A stretch of DNA of 64,000 bases from the NCBI GenBank assembly GCA_016699325.1, contig CP064971.1, positions 1,819,636-1,883,635 on the forward strand, written 5' to 3'. Under the pieces are notes generated by a model, which did not search any database, had not been told where the DNA came from, and saw only the letters and a program-made list of their open reading frames with translations. Source of the stretch: Methanolinea sp. GTDB taxonomy: Archaea; Halobacteriota; Methanomicrobia; Methanomicrobiales; Methanospirillaceae. The position numbers and the translations under genes are program-made. Below, piece after piece: positions 21,492 through 30,435 of this stretch. Every line of letters starts with the position of its first letter. Position 1 is the first letter of the stretch.

Positions 21492-23221
21492 CCCACCTTT
21501 CGCACGTGGCCCCACGATTTCTGGAAATAAAATACTTAGAGTTATATCTTAGCACAGCAATACATATTCTGTGGAGCCTGTATCTCAATTCACGGCGAAG
21601 AATTTCAGTTCTAAGCAGATTGCCCATCTAGGTCTTGTGGCCGGCATGATCGATGAACTCGGGATATCAGCAGAAATCGATGACGCCCTGCCCAAGACAC
21701 GGAACCATATCCTCCCCCATTCAGCGATTGTCAAGGCCATGCTCCTGAACGGTCTCGGCTTCAATGAACGCCGGCTCTATTTCTTCTCGCGATTTTTCAC
21801 CAACCTCTCGACAGAACAATTATTCGGCCCTGGTGTTACCCCGGACCACCTGAACGACGATGTTCTCCTCCGGACACTCGACCGTATCTACGAGTATGGA
21901 AGCACCGACCTGTTCAATGATATCGTAGTGGCAGTCATGGAAAAACTCTCGTTTGGCACCCACCTCCTCCATGCTGACACGACCAGTTTCAGTGTTCACG
22001 GTGACTATGACACCGAGGACGATGACGACTTCAGGACCATCAAGATCACCTACGGTCACAATAAAGATCACCGCTGGGACCTCAAGCAGTTCGTCCTTGC
22101 GATGGTAACCAACCAGCACGGCATCCCGCTGTTCACTCAGCCGTACTCCGGCAATGAGTCAGACAAGAAGATCCTCCTTGAGACCATTCGTAAGGTACAG
22201 CAGAACCTGAATCTCGAAGACAAGGCCTACTATATCGCCGACAGTGCGTTCTATACCGCTCCCAACCTGCAGACACTCGGCCAGCATACCTTCTGGATCA
22301 GTCATCCCCCTGCTACCGTCGATGAAGCCAAGTCGCTGCTGTTTGCCGATATTCCCATGGTCCCCGGGAAGGAGGAAGGATACTCGTTTCATGAGCGTCT
22401 CGTTACCTACGCCGGAATTGACCAGAAATGGATCGTGGTACATTCCGAGAAGAGGCGGATGGCAGGTGAGAAGAACTATGTGAGGAACCTGGCCAAGCGG
22501 CTGGATAAAGCGCGTAAATCATGGAAGAAGCTCTGTGCCAAGGAATTTGCCTGTGAGCCCGATGCACGCATGGCTGCACGGTTGTGGTTTGATGCGTACC
22601 CTTACCTGTCCGCTGATAGTGTCCAAGTATTCTCAAAGACGAAAAAGAAGAACGGAAGAAAAGGGCGCCCGGCCAAGGATGAGGCTGTTGAGATAGTTTA
22701 CTTCGTCGATTCGCCGCTTGAGATCGTTCCGGATGTTATCGAGCAGGAGAAAGCACGTCTCGGACGGTTCATCCTGGCAACAAATGATCTTGACCTGGAT
22801 CCGGACACTATCCTGAAATATTATAAGGGGCAGCAATCTGTTGAGCGGGGGTTCCGGTTTCTGAAGGATAAGAGTTTCCGGGTTGCCGAAGTTTTCCTGA
22901 AGAAAGAGACCAGGATTGAGGCGCTTTCCATGGTTATGGTGCTCTGCCTATTCGTCTATGCAGTAGCCGAGTGGCATATCCGGTCTCAACTCAAAAAGAC
23001 AGGGAAAACGGTGAAAAACCAGCTGAAAAAACCAATCCAGAACCCTACCATGAAATGGATCTTTACCCTGTTCATGAGACCGGCGGAAGTCACAGTCACC
23101 CTGAACTCGCAGATACAGCGGTTTATTGTGAATCTGGACGAGGAGGTGATTCAAATTCTTGATGTCATGGGGCCAGCGTTCGGAAAATATTATTTTGTGA
23201 GGTCGACCTGCGAAATGTAGG
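21492..23221 (+). mobile_element. Intact IS1634-like insertion sequence (1730 bp) with 6-bp target duplication CTATAA
   Basis: Imperfect terminal IRs: CCCACCTTTCGCACGTGGCCCCAC and the reverse complement of GTGAGGTCGACCTGCGAAATGTAGG. CTATAA occurs at 21486..21491 and at 23222..23227. Confidence 0.85.
21571..23220 (+). CDS. IS1634-family DDE transposase (549 aa, intact)
   Basis: Uninterrupted ORF. It has a DUF4277-like N-terminus (LGLVAGMIDELGISAEIDDALP), GHNKDHRWDLKQ and the DDE region. A second, defective copy lies at 13268..14567. Confidence 0.9.
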   Translation: MEPVSQFTAKNFSSKQIAHLGLVAGMIDELGISAEIDDALPKTRNHILPHSAIVKAMLLNGLGFNERRLYFFSRFFTNLSTEQLFGPGVTPDHLNDDVLLRTLDRIYEYGSTDLFNDIVVAVMEKLSFGTHLLHADTTSFSVHGDYDTEDDDDFRTIKITYGHNKDHRWDLKQFVLAMVTNQHGIPLFTQPYSGNESDKKILLETIRKVQQNLNLEDKAYYIADSAFYTAPNLQTLGQHTFWISHPPATVDEAKSLLFADIPMVPGKEEGYSFHERLVTYAGIDQKWIVVHSEKRRMAGEKNYVRNLAKRLDKARKSWKKLCAKEFACEPDARMAARLWFDAYPYLSADSVQVFSKTKKKNGRKGRPAKDEAVEIVYFVDSPLEIVPDVIEQEKARLGRFILATNDLDLDPDTILKYYKGQQSVERGFRFLKDKSFRVAEVFLKKETRIEALSMVMVLCLFVYAVAEWHIRSQLKKTGKTVKNQLKKPIQNPTMKWIFTLFMRPAEVTVTLNSQIQRFIVNLDEEVIQILDVMGPAFGKYYFVRSTCEM

Positions 23222-23600
23222 CTATAATCACCGAGTGTGGTGGTGTGTTCATCGGTTACGAAGTTGTGACAATCGGCGGCGATGGTTGACATCTGCCAAT
23301 GTCCATTGGCACCGTACCATAGTATGGCAGGAGTACTATCCTCGGCCTGAACGAGGAATTCACCAATCTGTTGCAGGACCTTTGTCTGTTCCTCCTTGGA
23401 GAGGACCGATATTCCATCGTAGCTTCTTTTTTATCCCGATCATACTGGAGCCTGGTAATTCCAGTCTTTAAAAACGCCAAGTTCCGGAACGGCAGGGACA
23501 GAAAAGCTTGCAGGGAGATGCTCCCCCGCAAGAACAAATTCGTACTCGAATGTATAGGCCGGTCGGAGCAACCCTGACTCCAGGGTATCCCTCCCATAGT
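23222..23600 (-). pseudogene. Probable 5' remnant of the IS-disrupted gene, itself carrying in-frame stops
   Basis: One minus frame reads LAFEYYGRDTLESGLLRPAYTFEYEF...NYQAPV*SG*KRSYDGISVLSKEEQTKVLQQIGEFLVQAEDSTPAILWYGANGHWQMSTIAADCHNFVTDEHTTTLGDYS, running into the IS junction. Confidence 0.3.
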
Positions 23601-23618
23601 ATTCAAACGCCAACTAAT

Positions 23619-24356
23619 TCAGAGATGCGTATAGAGGGGATATAGCGGGGATGTCTGTTTTAGAGAATCCGATGTGACATTAAATGTAACAGGGGGTATA
23701 TAATTGAACCAATTATCCTGGAGAAGCAGTGAATCTTTGTCAATATTGTCGAATGTGATGTCTTGCTGAAGGCTTCCTGTTGATCCATATACAAGCATCC
23801 GAACGGGGAGATATGTATTTCTGTCGATCGCAAGAATAATTGAGCAATTTTGCATCCCCGCGTAATATTCGGAATGGAATTCGATTCCATATGTTTTACC
23901 ATTCTCTTCAACTGTTGAGTTCCTAACCAGAGTATCGATGTTCTTATTCAATAACTCTGATATAACTGCCACAACATCGTAACCATTCATTGGTTTGCTA
24001 AGAAAATCCGTATAAGAATAATATGCCTCATTTTTTACAGGAAGAATATGCCAGTTCATAGTTCCGTTTGTTATAAACACATCGGTAATGTTTCCCTTCA
24101 AATCGCTCCATTCTATATAATACTGGTAAGGTCTTATACAGAACATCCTCAAGCGATATTTTTGATATTCGTTATTCTGAAACACTTTTATTGTCGCGTT
24201 TATTCGATATTCGGACAAATTATCTGAATTTTCCAAAAATCTCGCCGCCACCATTTTTGTAGAGGACTCTTGAACAGGACTGCTGATACATCCACTCAGG
24301 AGTGAAAGGCATATCATGCAGGTGATAGAACCAGTAACGAGTAATATTGTTTTCAT
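23619..24356 (-). CDS. Lipoprotein, LolA-like (lipoprotein-sorting fold) candidate
   Basis: Signal peptide plus lipobox (MKTILLVTGSITCMICLSLLSGC). The pattern LRMFCIRPYQYYIEW...VFITNGTMNWHILPVKNEAYY resembles COG2834/LolA-like proteins. Confidence 0.65.
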   Translation of the reverse strand: MKTILLVTGSITCMICLSLLSGCISSPVQESSTKMVAARFLENSDNLSEYRINATIKVFQNNEYQKYRLRMFCIRPYQYYIEWSDLKGNITDVFITNGTMNWHILPVKNEAYYSYTDFLSKPMNGYDVVAVISELLNKNIDTLVRNSTVEENGKTYGIEFHSEYYAGMQNCSIILAIDRNTYLPVRMLVYGSTGSLQQDITFDNIDKDSLLLQDNWFNYIPPVTFNVTSDSLKQTSPLYPLYTHL

Positions 24357-24423
24357 TTGTTCTCCCCGTCTGTCGGACATCTTCCATTTCTTGAAATCTG
24401 TAAATCCACTCATCGGAAAAAAA

Positions 24424-25731
24424 TTATGTAATTAGACAACTTGGAAATCCATTCCATCCATGATTATCCCAATTATAACCAATCCACACATAGGGTGGCC
24501 AATTTGGTGGATTTGGTGATGTAAATTCGAATGTAGCATTTTGATAGAAACACTCATCCGGATGGAGGAAATATCCGTCATTATTCTGAACACACCATTC
24601 TTCCCTTACTGGAGAGGTGCGAGCATCCATGTATGCGGTTCCATCGTCATCTAATCCAAGTTCAGAGGAACACTCGCTGGTTAACAATGCAGTGCATGGA
24701 TTGTGGTTATCCTGATAATAATAATAGAACCATTGATCATTGTAAGGATCATGAAGCCACATTTGATATAATCCAAGGCTTTGACCAAGGTTTATTTTTA
24801 TATACCATTCGTAATTTCTTGGAAGAAGAACATAGGGGGCCTCTAAATAACATCCTGCTCCCTCGAGATGCTCTGGATTAGATGGTGTCGGCCATGGGAA
24901 AATGGCTTTATCTCCATCTTCATTGTATATTACTGGGAATATTTTAATCGGCGCGCCATCATATGAATCGCTTGAATAACTTGCAACGATTTCGATTACC
25001 ACATCATTATTGTAATAATTTTCAACCTCCTGATAGGCAATGAATCGATCCCCATCAAATGAATACACTTCCGGCCTTATTTTACCCGTTGTGTATGTGA
25101 TATTCGTCCTATTATCAAACGGGTGGAATTGCGCTCTCCATGAACAATTTTGGGGATAGATTACATCATTATAGACCATCTCATTGGAAAACGATTCTGT
25201 ATTGAGATATGAATTCTCTCTTGGACTAATAAATCCAAACACATCTTTCCCGTTTATTGAATTAAAATTTTTATAATACTTAAACTGATCTTTGGGAAAC
25301 ATCAAGCGTATGACGTCAGGATTTGGATTAAAGGAAAAAAACATCTCTTTAGGCATGCGGAATACTACAACCGGCTCATCATCCCTTAATCTTATCTCAA
25401 TGAAACGGCCCATTTGATCAACTGAAAATTGTGAATCAAACGCTATTTTAAGGATTGTTATATTGATAATATCCGGATCACTTTCTCGATTATTCTCATT
25501 TAACCATCTTTCTGAAAATATGATTGTTATAATTTCTGATTCAGGGAGTGGTTCTGCAGGTTCGAGATCCTTCGGGATCTCAAAAATTAAAGATGAATGT
25601 GCATGAGTACTTTCACGGGTATTAGTTTCATTCGGCCTAATAATAGCATCATCCCCGTATGCAGGGAAGATAAATACGCCTAATAATATTAGGATTAAGC
25701 CAATTGATTTCAGGGTTGAATTCTGTTTCAT
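24424..25731 (-). CDS. Secreted W/Y-rich protein (C-terminal half paralogous to 19202..19957)
   Basis: The signal peptide MKQNSTLKSIGLILILLGVFIFPAYG starts at 25731. The ORF track extends to 25809 only because the leader has no stop codon. Confidence 0.7.
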   Translation of the reverse strand: MKQNSTLKSIGLILILLGVFIFPAYGDDAIIRPNETNTRESTHAHSSLIFEIPKDLEPAEPLPESEIITIIFSERWLNENNRESDPDIINITILKIAFDSQFSVDQMGRFIEIRLRDDEPVVVFRMPKEMFFSFNPNPDVIRLMFPKDQFKYYKNFNSINGKDVFGFISPRENSYLNTESFSNEMVYNDVIYPQNCSWRAQFHPFDNRTNITYTTGKIRPEVYSFDGDRFIAYQEVENYYNNDVVIEIVASYSSDSYDGAPIKIFPVIYNEDGDKAIFPWPTPSNPEHLEGAGCYLEAPYVLLPRNYEWYIKINLGQSLGLYQMWLHDPYNDQWFYYYYQDNHNPCTALLTSECSSELGLDDDGTAYMDARTSPVREEWCVQNNDGYFLHPDECFYQNATFEFTSPNPPNWPPYVWIGYNWDNHGWNGFPSCLIT

Positions 25732-25914
25732 GTTTCTTTCCTCCAATTCTCTTGGATTCCAGAAGGCATGACAAAAAAGGCTTTTACTGTGGAAAGCTAA
25801 TTCCATCATGCCTACGGGCTGCGAAGGGGTTCATCTGCATTGGATGTGAGGCGAACCCCCAGCAACACTTCTCAGTTTGCCTGAATGACGAAAAACTTTC
25901 TGGTGCCGCGAATT
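25732..25914 (-). promoter_or_regulatory. Conserved ~185-nt structured 5' leader, copy A (with TATA-like TTTTAAAA just upstream at ~25913-25922)
   Basis: It aligns along its whole length with 57275..57459. Two helices (GGGGUUC/GAACCCC and AGGCAUGA/UCAUGCCU) are preserved while their loops differ. Confidence 0.6.
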
Positions 25915-26073
25915 TTAAAATGAGGGGTTTTAATCGGTTAGTTCGATGAATATTCATCTCGGTGATTAACACGATTTAACATGGAGTTAGGCAGCGTCTC
26001 ATGGACGGCACCGCATGCCGCCCGGCTCGATCCTCCAGGTGCTCTCCAACTACAATCCATCATCCCTGGTCCA

Positions 26074-26355
26074 ATCAGGAGATCCTTCTTTTCACCACGC
26101 CCCCGATAATTCCTCCAATGATGGCTGTCGGAATTGCGATGACAGCAACGATGATGAGGACGATCCCGGCAAGGCCGGAAACGAATCCCGTTGCCTGCGA
26201 TGAGAGCCAGAGCATTGGAACTGCCAGGATGCCGATGCCAAGTATCGCGGTGATCAGTCCCGATACCGCACCGTTCCGTATGCCCCGGGAAGAGAAAAAC
26301 CCCCAAGGAATCCCGCCGCGAGAGGAGCGATTATCTGCAGCGGCAGGGAACCCAT
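26074..26355 (-). CDS. Small Gly/Ile-rich membrane protein, apparently frameshifted near 26285
   Basis: Hand translation: MGSLPLQIIAPLAAGFLGGFSLPG, then, in another frame, IRNGAVSGLITAILGIGILAVPMLWLSSQATGFVSGLAGIVLIIVAVIAIPTAIIGGIIGGVVKRRIS. Confidence 0.35.
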
Positions 26356-26461
26356 CAGGAATGGGTTTAATACGATCCTTCGAAGGATCTTTTCATTGCA
26401 TCACTAAAAGATGGGATAAAAGGAGTGATCCACGTTGCCATTGGTCCCAGCATGAATAGAT

Positions 26462-27580
26462 TTAGAGATCAAGTACATGCCCGAGGATTACGAATCCGCC
26501 ATCCGAAGTCTGTGTGATCGAATCGATCGACGTATGGTCTCCGATATCGAACGAGACATCCCAGGCGACTGAGAGTGTCTCATCTAACCTGACGATGTGT
26601 AGTGGGGAACCCGGATAACCTGTCCGCTGGAGTTCGGTAAACCCGGGGACGGAAAACCCTGCGTACGCATATCCGCCGTCATCTGTCCCGGCCATAACCC
26701 GAGAGACATTTACTGGCCTCTCCCCGACCAGCCTGCCGTCTGAGGCCAACGAGATTTCGGTAGTCTCCGTGCACCACTTTTCATTGGTCTCATTTCCAGA
26801 ATACCAGGTGACGCTATAAATACCGTCGATTGTCCCGGAAGGCGAGAGTCGGAGGGTATACAGTTCTGCAGGTGAACCGGTTGCAAATGTCCTGTTCCAT
26901 AACATGCTTCCTCCGGGGCCAAGCATTGCGGTCCATATCCCGGCGTCACTGGTACCTCCAACAAGGAAACCATCGGGAGATACTGGCACGATCTCATTGA
27001 CATGCTGACCCGGTCCCAAATCTGCTTTCCTGCTGATTTCCCCGTTCTCACCAAGCCAGATGATACTGGCATCCCCTGCTGCAGTATACCCTCCACCCGG
27101 TGCACTGACGACCTTCCACCAGTCGCTGCCACCACCAAGTGAGATGCTCCAGAGAACGCTGCCATTATCATTGACCTGGTAGAGGATTCCTGAATAACTG
27201 GCGACAATAAACCCGCTGTTCATCCCCTCCACAAGCGAGCTGCCGTAATCCGGCGATGTGCCGAGAGTCATATCCGACACAACCTTACCTTCGCTGTCAA
27301 GTGTTAAAATCCGGGGGACTGGCCCCGTTCCAGTACCGGCGATTGCATAACCACCATTATCGATTTGGATCACCGATTGTCCTCTTCCGTTGGGATCGCT
27401 GTCTATTGTCGCTGTCCATTGCATGTTCCCTCTCGCATCGGCCTTGAGGAGCCAGATGTCGAAAGTCACGTCCTTATGGCCATGTTCCAGACATCCTGAA
27501 ATGAAAAGTAGAGGTACCATGCAAAGAAGAACGATGACTATACAGGTTTTTACCTCTTTTCTTCGAAGTTGGCACACCAT
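26462..27580 (-). CDS. Secreted lipoprotein with repeated beta-propeller-type blades
   Basis: Signal plus lipobox (LLFISGC). Blade motifs recur: GGYAIAGTG, GGYTAAGD, DGFLVGGTS, DGGYAYAGFS, DGGFVILGH. Confidence 0.75.
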   Translation of the reverse strand: MVCQLRRKEVKTCIVIVLLCMVPLLFISGCLEHGHKDVTFDIWLLKADARGNMQWTATIDSDPNGRGQSVIQIDNGGYAIAGTGTGPVPRILTLDSEGKVVSDMTLGTSPDYGSSLVEGMNSGFIVASYSGILYQVNDNGSVLWSISLGGGSDWWKVVSAPGGGYTAAGDASIIWLGENGEISRKADLGPGQHVNEIVPVSPDGFLVGGTSDAGIWTAMLGPGGSMLWNRTFATGSPAELYTLRLSPSGTIDGIYSVTWYSGNETNEKWCTETTEISLASDGRLVGERPVNVSRVMAGTDDGGYAYAGFSVPGFTELQRTGYPGSPLHIVRLDETLSVAWDVSFDIGDHTSIDSITQTSDGGFVILGHVLDL

Positions 27581-27846
27581 TTCGATCCCAATCTCCCATC
27601 TGTTTTTTCATTTCTGAAAAAAGAGATTTATTGTTGGATGTTTTGATTTCACACGAATTAGATTAAAATCCAAGTCCTTAAATTTTGGGTTTCACAGCCA
27701 TCCGCAGATCTCACTCCCGGAAGAGAACGGTCAACGGGCACCCTGGCATTACAAAAAAACGCCCGCTGTTTTTTAAGCACAGCACCAGGACCGGCCCCAC
27801 GATCCTGGCGCACCAGCACCCCGGCTGGCGATCATCTGTCCACGGG

Positions 27847-29877
27847 TTATAAGACCCGGTATATTTCGGTATGGCCTGACCGGAACACCGGGGTAAGGCG
27901 GTCACTTCGTGCCAGGTCCCCTAACTTTGACCCGTATCTCATCCGCTCGGTCTCGCCGACAAAGACATACTTCACGTTGTATTTTGCAAAAAGAAAACCG
28001 GTATCCACCTCCCCGGCATATATACGGTCCACGTCCGAGCATCGCTCTTCAACATCCCGCCACTCCCGTCCCCACATTATCTCATGGGTGCGCCACCCTA
28101 TAACGGTAGGAAGCCCGGTGAACGCTCCTATCCGCGACGAGTAGGTATACGAATCGCCGGGAGCTTCAAGCACCACATCTCCGTTCTGTGCAGTCTCCCT
28201 GAGCCAGCAGAGACCTTCGTAGTCATCAGGCTTCTGCTCTTGCAGCCACGCTGCCCCATCGAGCGTGAGCGTTCCAGTTTTACCCATGAAGTCCGCGTTC
28301 GGGATGGCGACCACCGAACAGAGCGGGTGGACCGCAGTCATGGCAATCACCGCCACTGCCACGGCAACCAGGACCCGGTTTTGTATCCGGTAGAGGAAAT
28401 ACACCGATGCAACTGCCCAGAACACCCAGGCCTGCAGATAGAACTTCATCATGGTGTTCAAGCGCTCATACGGCGGGCCATATGGATCGTTGATGTAGAA
28501 GATCTCGCAAAACACGATGAGAAAAAGGGCGATGCATGCAAAAATCGCAGGATATTCCTGGTGGGACCATGCACGGACAAAGAAGGGGATGGCAAAGAGC
28601 GAAAGCATTGCCAGCGGGAAATGGAGTGAGAACGAGATGACACCAGCAACGATGACCGCACCGGCCACGAGTATGTCTTCCCGGGAAAAGGTGTGCGATC
28701 CGACAAGATAGATGCCAGATACAGCGGCAAAACCACCGAAGGTGAGGAGAAAGCCCAGGATCCCTGTCCTCTCCCCGGGATCAAAAACGCATATCCTGCC
28801 CAGGAAAAGGAGTGCCAGGAAGGCACAACCTTCCAGGCCGGCCAGGAGAAGGAATGCCTTCTTTTTTGTTGCGCAATATCCTGTCCAGGCCACCAGGAAC
28901 AGGCAGGCCGGAAGGGTCCAGAGGTTTACGCCGGCAAGAAAGCAGGTGACAAGGATGGCCGTGCAGAACAATGGTTGCGAAAATTTCCTGTACATTGCAA
29001 GGCACAGCCCGGCAAGGGCCAGGATGAAGGGGATCGATATGAAATGGGCGTGCAGGTCTCCCTGGAGGAAGGTGTAGAACGGGTACAGGGTAATTGCATG
29101 GGGAATCACGCACGTTGCCGCTGTAAAATCAAACGAGACGAGCCACTCAGAGAACGTCCCTGCGAAGGCTTGGAACTGCAGGAGATCTGTTCTGCCCAGG
29201 TACGAGAGGAGTTGCACGAACCCGGCGCTGAAACCGGAAATCATGGTGAGGAAGACTGCAAGAAAGCCATACAGCCGCCGTCCGGCCAGGTTGACCCCAA
29301 TGCCGTAGGCGGCCTGCACCGCGATGGCAAAGAGCGCGGCTACGGCGAGGTTATACCCGGTTCCTGCGTCCACCCCTGAGAGCAGTACAGGAATGGCCGC
29401 GGCCAGGTGTCCCAGGTAGTAGTAGGGGAGGCCTGATCCGGCCCACCAGGGGTCAGGAAGGGGGAGGAAACCGGTCCGGCATATCGACTGGAGAAACGCG
29501 GAGTTCATGAAATCTTCAGAGTATCCGTAATAGATCTCGGGTTTGTGCATGAGGAAAAGGGCGGCGAGGATAAATGCCAGGACAAATATCGCCTCCTGCA
29601 CGAACATGTCCCGGGTGGGCCTCCAGTCACGTCGATATTTGCGGATGATGCATACCGCCGTTATACCGAGTGCGAGCAGGCCGGCGTACATGCCTGCCCC
29701 CAGCGGGACCAGGTGGAGGGAGGAGAGCGCCCATGCCACGAGGGTTATACAGACCATCCCGAGCGGGCGGGCGATCGACTGGCCTGCATCCCGGAGTTCC
29801 TGGGCGAGGACTGCTGCCAGTGGAAACGAAAGGATGCCGATTGCCTCGAGTATGATGAAGAACACAAGGAGTTCCAT
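27847..29877 (-). CDS. DUF2298 / Chlor_Arch_YYY large polytopic membrane protein (putative glycosyltransferase-like)
   Basis: 676 aa with many TM helices, the diagnostic GLPYYYLGH motif, and a soluble C-terminal domain. Confidence 0.85.
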   Translation of the reverse strand: MELLVFFIILEAIGILSFPLAAVLAQELRDAGQSIARPLGMVCITLVAWALSSLHLVPLGAGMYAGLLALGITAVCIIRKYRRDWRPTRDMFVQEAIFVLAFILAALFLMHKPEIYYGYSEDFMNSAFLQSICRTGFLPLPDPWWAGSGLPYYYLGHLAAAIPVLLSGVDAGTGYNLAVAALFAIAVQAAYGIGVNLAGRRLYGFLAVFLTMISGFSAGFVQLLSYLGRTDLLQFQAFAGTFSEWLVSFDFTAATCVIPHAITLYPFYTFLQGDLHAHFISIPFILALAGLCLAMYRKFSQPLFCTAILVTCFLAGVNLWTLPACLFLVAWTGYCATKKKAFLLLAGLEGCAFLALLFLGRICVFDPGERTGILGFLLTFGGFAAVSGIYLVGSHTFSREDILVAGAVIVAGVISFSLHFPLAMLSLFAIPFFVRAWSHQEYPAIFACIALFLIVFCEIFYINDPYGPPYERLNTMMKFYLQAWVFWAVASVYFLYRIQNRVLVAVAVAVIAMTAVHPLCSVVAIPNADFMGKTGTLTLDGAAWLQEQKPDDYEGLCWLRETAQNGDVVLEAPGDSYTYSSRIGAFTGLPTVIGWRTHEIMWGREWRDVEERCSDVDRIYAGEVDTGFLFAKYNVKYVFVGETERMRYGSKLGDLARSDRLTPVFRSGHTEIYRVL

Positions 29878-30435
29878 TCAACCAGCTCCTTGCTCCACGG
29901 CCAGAAAGAGGAGGATTGAACCTGCTGGGGACCGGTTCGGTCCGCACCGCCTTGCTCCCCGGCCAGGAGGAGGAGGATGGAGGCACAAGCGGACGTCATC
30001 CGCACCGGGAGGATCGCAGGTGCGATCCCGCTCTCCGGCAGATCCTGCCGGCCTGCCCGTTCGAGACCCGTCTCCCCTGTTTCTATGTTTTGCGGCTTTG
30101 GTCCGTGCAGGTCCGCAGTTCATCAGGTAGCGATGAATCCTGGCACGGGATATAGGTATTCCATTCCGGCCCAGGGCGTTTACTCCTGGCGGGCCTTCCT
30201 GGCCGGTCTTAATCCTTCCTTTCGTGATCGGTCTTTCTGGGGGAGCCTCCATCCTTTCCAGGGAGGTTTTCAGTACCATTTTTGCAGAAATAGCACTGCC
30301 TCTAAAAGAACCTGCATGAGTCATTTGAAGGGAAAAAGGGGAATTGAATGACAAGTGAAGGAGGGTGTGGGGCAGTGTGGATTCCTTTTTTTTAAGAATC
30401 TTTATCCCATTTCACGAGATAGTCCCGTAGCAGTG

